From: a candidate division CPR3 bacterium GWF2_35_18
Lineage (GTDB): Bacteria > Patescibacteriota > CPR3 > GWF2-35-18
Assembly (NCBI GenBank): GCA_001771135.1
Contig: MESW01000003.1
Coordinates: 72,719 to 136,718, forward strand
Direction of reading: 5' to 3'
Length of the DNA: 64,000 nucleotides
Shown here: one piece after another, positions 59,164-64,000 of the stretch
How positions within the stretch are numbered: position 1 is the first letter of the stretch
Layout of the letters: every line of letters starts with the position of its first letter
Notes under the pieces: generated by a model
Databases searched by the model: none
Seen by the model: the letters and a program-made list of their open reading frames with translations, nothing else
What the model was told of the DNA's origin: nothing
Translations under genes and position numbers: made by a program

Positions 59164-59895
59164 TTAATCCTCAAGTAATTTTCTCAAATAACCGCAATAT
59201 TCAAAAAACTCGGGGTTTAACCTGAGATCTTGGTTCTTTAATTTTGAAATTTTGATATCTACAATCTCTTTAATTTTACCGTTTAGAGACATTACTACTA
59301 CTTTTTCAGAAAGAAAAACTGCCTCGAAAATACTATGGGTAATAAAAACAATTGTCTGTTTCTGTTTTTTCCAGATCGAAAGTAATTCTTCACCTAGTTT
59401 TTCCTTAGTAATCTCATCCAAATTTGCAAATGGTTCATCCATCAAAAGTAATTCTGGGCCCATAACAAGTCCACGCGCTAAAGCTGTTTTTTGCTGCATC
59501 CCACCAGAAACATTTTCCGGATAAAAGTCTTTAAACTTTAACAAACCAACTTTATTTAAAACTGCGTCTACCTTTTTACTATCTTTTCTTTTTTTAATTT
59601 CTAGAGGTAAATTAACATTTTGCCAAATGGTTCGCCATGGAAACAAATTTGGCTCCTGAAAGATATAACCATAATTACTTAACTCTCGATACTCTCTTGG
59701 CGTTTTCCCATCAATTAGAACTTCTCCTGAATAATCGTTGATAAGATCGGCAATAATTTTTAGCAAAGTCGTCTTTCCACAACCTGAAGGGCCGATTATC
59801 GAAATAAACTCACCTTTATTAATGTATAAATTCACATTCAGTAAAGCTTGGTGTTTTGAAGGATGAGTATATGAAAGATTCGTAATTCTAATCAT
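59164..59895 (-). CDS. NitT/TauT-family ABC ATP-binding protein
   Basis: GPSGCGKTT, LFPWRT, VSGGMQQ, LMDEPF, ITHSIFEA. Confidence 0.92.
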   Translation of the reverse strand: MIRITNLSYTHPSKHQALLNVNLYINKGEFISIIGPSGCGKTTLLKIIADLINDYSGEVLIDGKTPREYRELSNYGYIFQEPNLFPWRTIWQNVNLPLEIKKRKDSKKVDAVLNKVGLLKFKDFYPENVSGGMQQKTALARGLVMGPELLLMDEPFANLDEITKEKLGEELLSIWKKQKQTIVFITHSIFEAVFLSEKVVVMSLNGKIKEIVDIKISKLKNQDLRLNPEFFEYCGYLRKLLED

Positions 59896-59923
59896 TTTTC
59901 TATTCCTTAGCAGCCTGATCCTA

Positions 59924-60313
59924 TTATCTTCTAAATCTCGAAAAAGACATCACTTTACTCGTATCTTTATTATCAGAAGCATTACTACTTTGGATTTTAG
60001 AATTATTCCTCTGAGACTCAATTGCTTCTTTTAATTTGAGAGCTTGTCTGGTATCCATCTCAGGTATTTCAAAAATCTGTCTTTTAGCTGTCGAAATCGT
60101 CACATTTCGAGACATCGGATCGAAGGTTCGATCATCAACTGAAACTCTAATATCAGTAACGTCTTTATAATCAACTTGGCTTCGCAATGACTGATAAGCA
60201 AATTTCTGGTCTACTTGAATTTTATTATCTCGAATACTCACAGAGTGAGTTTGTGGCTTGTTAGTATATTGTGCCAAAGGTCGAATTGAAATTCTTCCGG
60301 GTAGTTTTACCAT
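59924..60313 (-). CDS. Hypothetical protein, possibly PH-like fold
   Basis: 129-aa ORF; alternating beta pattern (VDYKDVTDIRV) ending in a helix. Confidence 0.5.
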   Translation of the reverse strand: MVKLPGRISIRPLAQYTNKPQTHSVSIRDNKIQVDQKFAYQSLRSQVDYKDVTDIRVSVDDRTFDPMSRNVTISTAKRQIFEIPEMDTRQALKLKEAIESQRNNSKIQSSNASDNKDTSKVMSFSRFRR

Positions 60314-60435
60314 GATTTAATATTTCTCATTCACAAAATCGTCACCTTTTAATAAATCTTAGATGACTCTTTGGTTTGATATCTCCTATGATAAATTTAA
60401 GTCTAGTGTAACAGATTTGGAGACTGAAAAAAAGT

Positions 60436-63400
60436 TTATGAAGTTAAAATTTTCTGAATCTCATCTTGAAGCTCAGAGCATTTTTCTACTCGCATTGGAA
60501 GTTTCATTTTACGTGTCCTTTTAATATCTGGAATAATAAGCAAAACTTCTACAATTCCCGGATAGGCATTCAAAATCTGATACAACTGCACTAGTTTCTC
60601 TCGCTTAAAACCGTTTGGAATTTCAATTTCCATAACATCTTCAGTGCTATTTTTTGATGAATTTACTTTATCTGAAATTTTTTGATTTAACTTCGCGGTA
60701 TCTTTTGAACCATTATTCTTGAATCCATTTTTACGCTGACCGTTTTTCAAAAAACCATTTTCATCTAAAGTTTCTGTACTAACTGTTTCTGCTTCTGATA
60801 GTAGTTTTGCACTATCAGCCAAAACTTTGATCGCGCCATCTTTGTTATCAATTTTCCCTTTCACCGCAATAATCTGATCTTCTTTCCAAACCTCTTTATT
60901 CTCCGAAAAAACTTTTGGAAAAACAATCACTTCCAGATTTCCAGTTTCATCTTCAAACTTTACAAAAGCCATTTCACTGTTGTTTTTACGCGTAAAGATT
61001 TTACGAACACTCGTAATCATTCCTGCCAAAATGACCTGTCGTCCGACATGTTCATTTGGATCAAGCTCTCCAACTTGATGGGTCCTTTTGATAATAAGTT
61101 CGTTCATGACCGTTTTAAGTGGATGGTCAGAAAGATAAATTCCCATCAATTCCTTCTCCCAAGAGAGTATTTGCTTACGATCAAATTCCTCAATTTCGGG
61201 AAGAGTAATTGTGTTCCCGACATCTTCCTCTTCTCCAAAAAGACCAACCATTCCTTTTTCTTCATCTTTTTTCTTGGTATGAGATATACTGATAATCTGT
61301 TCTACCACCTTAAGTTGTGCCGCTCGAGAACCAAAATCATCACAAGCACCGCTTTTAATCAAACTTTCCAAGACTCTTTTATTTATAACTCCTAAATCAA
61401 TTTTGGTACAAAAATCATTTAGTGATTGGTAAGTCTTTTCCTGACGGTTCTCAATAATTGATTCTATCGCTCCTGTTCCGACGTTTTTAATTCCGGATAG
61501 TCCAAAGCGTATTGATTTTCCATCAATGGAAAATCTTTTATAAGAATAATTTACGTTAGGAGGAAAAACATCAATTCCCATGCGACGACACTCATTAATA
61601 ATTAATGCTAATTTGTCTTTATTGTGGGCTTCAGCCGAAAGCAAAGCGGTCATAAATTCAATGGGATAATGCACCTTCATATAGGCAGTTTGATAAGCAA
61701 TCATGGCATAACAAACTGAGTGAGCCTTTCCAAAACCATAACCGGCAAAACGTTCCATCATATCAAAAATCTCTTCAGCCGTTTTACTATTGTAGCCTTT
61801 CTGGCTTGCTCCTTTGACAAATTTAACGCGTTCTTTTTTCATAAGCTCTTTCTTCTTCTTTCCCATCGCTTTTCGTAATTTGTCTGCTTCTCCTAAGGAA
61901 TAACCGCCCATCTTCGCCGCGATTAACATGACCTGCTCCTGATACAAAGGAATTCCGTAAGACTCTTCCAAGATATCCTTCAAATCTGGATGAGGATAAT
62001 GAATAAGTGAAGGATCATGTTTTGAGGAAACAAATTGCGGAATAAGCTCCATCGGCCCAGGACGATAAAGAGCTACTAAGGCTGCGATATCCATGAAGCG
62101 ATTTGGTCTTAAATCTTTGGCCACCCGACGCATCCCCGAACTTTCCATTTGGAAAATCCCCATAGTTTCTCCAGAGGCGATAAGATCAAAAACTTTTTGA
62201 TCATCAAGAGCAATTTTAAGTAAATCTATCTCTTTATTTTGATTATATTTAACAAGTTCAACACTACGACTTAAAGTGGTTAAATTGCGTAAACCCAAAA
62301 GATCAAATTTCAGAAGTCCGATCGCTTCTTCAGAAACATTCAAATCAAGACAGTACATATCGTATTGAGTAATAATTCGTTCACCCTTGCTCTCTCGAGT
62401 CAAAGGAACGTAGTTGGTTATTTCTTTATCGGACACTACCAAAGCTGCCGCGTGAGTGGAAGCATGACGAGAAACTCCTTCAACCTTTTTTGCCAACCGA
62501 ATAAGCCTGGCAATTTCTGGCTCATGTGAAACTTCTTTAAGTTCAGCCACCTGTCCCAATGCCTCCTCAATTGAATTCCCTTGGGGAATAAGTTTCGCAA
62601 TTTTGTCCGGAGTAGAATAAGGCATGCCCAAAGCTCTTCCCACATCGCGAATCGCCGCTCTGGCTTCCATCTTTCCAAAGGTGATTACCTGTGCCGCGTG
62701 GTCATTACCATATTTTTCTGTAATGTAAGCAATAATTTCATCGCGACGAACATCTTCAAAGTCAAGATCAATATCCGGAGGAGAAGGGCGTTCCGGATTC
62801 AAAAATCTTTCAAACGGAATGTTATAATCAAGAGGATTAATGTCGGTTATTTTCATAGAGTATGAAACCAAACTACCAGCAGCAGAACCACGTCCTGGAC
62901 CAACTGATATTTTTTGATTTTTACCCCAAGTGACAAAATCAGAAACGATTAAAAAATAGGCGCTATAACCTTTAGAATCAATAACTTCAAGTTCATAATC
63001 CATTCTTTTTTTCATCACCTCGTTAATATTCCCGGCTCTTTCTTTCAAACCCGCATAACTTCTTTCACGAAGTAAGCTTTTATATGTTTCTCCTTTTGAG
63101 AGAGGAAATACTGGCATAATCATCTTTCCGATTGGAATTTGGAGTTTACATTGCTCCGCAATCCTAACAGTATTCCTTAGAGCTTCCGGATGATCATGAA
63201 AAAGCAAATTCATTTCAGTAGGACTACGGAAGTAATAATCAGGAGTATCGATCATGGAAAGGTGGCGATCTTTATCAAGGATAGTTTTTTGTGTTTGAAT
63301 ACACAAAAGAATCTCCTGAGCTTCAGCGTCTTCTGGATTCAAATAGTGAATATCGTTAGTGGCAACAAGAGGGAGATCGAGTTTTTTACTTAAATCAATA

Positions 63401-63969
63401 ATCCTTTTATTTGCAATATCCTGTTTTTCAAAACGGTGCTTTTGAATTTCCAAATAGAAATGATCTTTTCCAAAAAGTTCAGCATAAAACTTGGCTTTTT
63501 TTTCTGCTTCTTCATATTGTTCTTGCATTAAAGGCTTCATTACAACACCATTTAAACAAGCAGATAGCGCAATTAGTCCTTCATGATATTTTGTAAGTAA
63601 CTCCATATCAATTCTCGGTCTATAATAAAATCCGTCCAGATGAGCTTTGGTAACAAGTTTCAATAGATTCTGATAACCCGTCTCGTTTTTGGCAAGTAAA
63701 ACAATATGTGAGGGATAACGGTCAAGATTGGGATCTTTATCAATATGGTTTCGCGGGGCAATATACATTTCGCAACCAATAATTGGATTTACTTTATTTT
63801 TCCTGGCTTCTACATAGAAAGGAATTACTCCGTACATCGATCCGTGATCTGTAATTGCCAAACTGTCCATACCATACTCAACCGCTTTTCCCACAAATTG
63901 CGGAATTTTACAAAGTCCATCCAATAATGAATATTCAGTATGATTGTGAAGATGAATAAAATCAGCCAT
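60436..63969 (-). CDS. dnaE: DNA polymerase III alpha subunit
   Basis: HLHNHTEYSLLDG PHP domain, GRGSAAGS, PDIDLDF, KFDLLGL, C-terminal OB fold. Confidence 0.97.
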   Translation of the reverse strand: MADFIHLHNHTEYSLLDGLCKIPQFVGKAVEYGMDSLAITDHGSMYGVIPFYVEARKNKVNPIIGCEMYIAPRNHIDKDPNLDRYPSHIVLLAKNETGYQNLLKLVTKAHLDGFYYRPRIDMELLTKYHEGLIALSACLNGVVMKPLMQEQYEEAEKKAKFYAELFGKDHFYLEIQKHRFEKQDIANKRIIDLSKKLDLPLVATNDIHYLNPEDAEAQEILLCIQTQKTILDKDRHLSMIDTPDYYFRSPTEMNLLFHDHPEALRNTVRIAEQCKLQIPIGKMIMPVFPLSKGETYKSLLRERSYAGLKERAGNINEVMKKRMDYELEVIDSKGYSAYFLIVSDFVTWGKNQKISVGPGRGSAAGSLVSYSMKITDINPLDYNIPFERFLNPERPSPPDIDLDFEDVRRDEIIAYITEKYGNDHAAQVITFGKMEARAAIRDVGRALGMPYSTPDKIAKLIPQGNSIEEALGQVAELKEVSHEPEIARLIRLAKKVEGVSRHASTHAAALVVSDKEITNYVPLTRESKGERIITQYDMYCLDLNVSEEAIGLLKFDLLGLRNLTTLSRSVELVKYNQNKEIDLLKIALDDQKVFDLIASGETMGIFQMESSGMRRVAKDLRPNRFMDIAALVALYRPGPMELIPQFVSSKHDPSLIHYPHPDLKDILEESYGIPLYQEQVMLIAAKMGGYSLGEADKLRKAMGKKKKELMKKERVKFVKGASQKGYNSKTAEEIFDMMERFAGYGFGKAHSVCYAMIAYQTAYMKVHYPIEFMTALLSAEAHNKDKLALIINECRRMGIDVFPPNVNYSYKRFSIDGKSIRFGLSGIKNVGTGAIESIIENRQEKTYQSLNDFCTKIDLGVINKRVLESLIKSGACDDFGSRAAQLKVVEQIISISHTKKKDEEKGMVGLFGEEEDVGNTITLPEIEEFDRKQILSWEKELMGIYLSDHPLKTVMNELIIKRTHQVGELDPNEHVGRQVILAGMITSVRKIFTRKNNSEMAFVKFEDETGNLEVIVFPKVFSENKEVWKEDQIIAVKGKIDNKDGAIKVLADSAKLLSEAETVSTETLDENGFLKNGQRKNGFKNNGSKDTAKLNQKISDKVNSSKNSTEDVMEIEIPNGFKREKLVQLYQILNAYPGIVEVLLIIPDIKRTRKMKLPMRVEKCSELQDEIQKILTS

Positions 63970-64000
63970 AAGTATAAAACCTAAAATTTGGAATAATTAT

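Noticed and set aside
60436-63969. Intein in dnaE
   Set aside because: 1177 aa is a normal length with no intein motifs; there is only a short Lys/Asn-rich linker near the C-terminus

Overview
AT-rich bacterial chromosome segment using genetic code 11, with most genes on the minus strand. It is most likely from a Patescibacteria/CPR lineage, possibly Microgenomates-like. That placement is an inference from a CPR-type conserved membrane protein, the TsaC-TsaE fusion, a truncated ATP synthase delta subunit, an N-extended L19 and LPxTG surface proteins. Contents in order: a sugar-phosphate/gluconeogenesis cluster (ADP-forming acetate-CoA ligase, class II aldolase, class I FBPase, gpmI, divergent enolase, ppsA, cupin PGI, PMM/PGM); trmD; archaeal-type SAM synthetase; ppaC; a riboflavin uptake/kinase and folate one-carbon cluster; tRNA-Glu; lon; a full F-type ATP synthase operon; a t6A locus (tsaD, tsaC-tsaE) with an AmrS-like radical SAM gene; typA; tRNA-Lys; rnhB; rplS; prs; dnaE. 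Two large sortase-type surface proteins share a C-terminal stalk. The most notable non-coding signals are a complete type III hammerhead ribozyme (53086-53150, minus strand) with a candidate promoter and a terminator just upstream of tsaC-tsaE, an orphan second copy of the lon 3' end after an inserted GNAT gene, a highly structured attenuator-like leader of typA, a duplicated tRNA-Lys 5' end, and a structured leader of the atp operon. No CRISPR array, integrase or intact transposase was seen.
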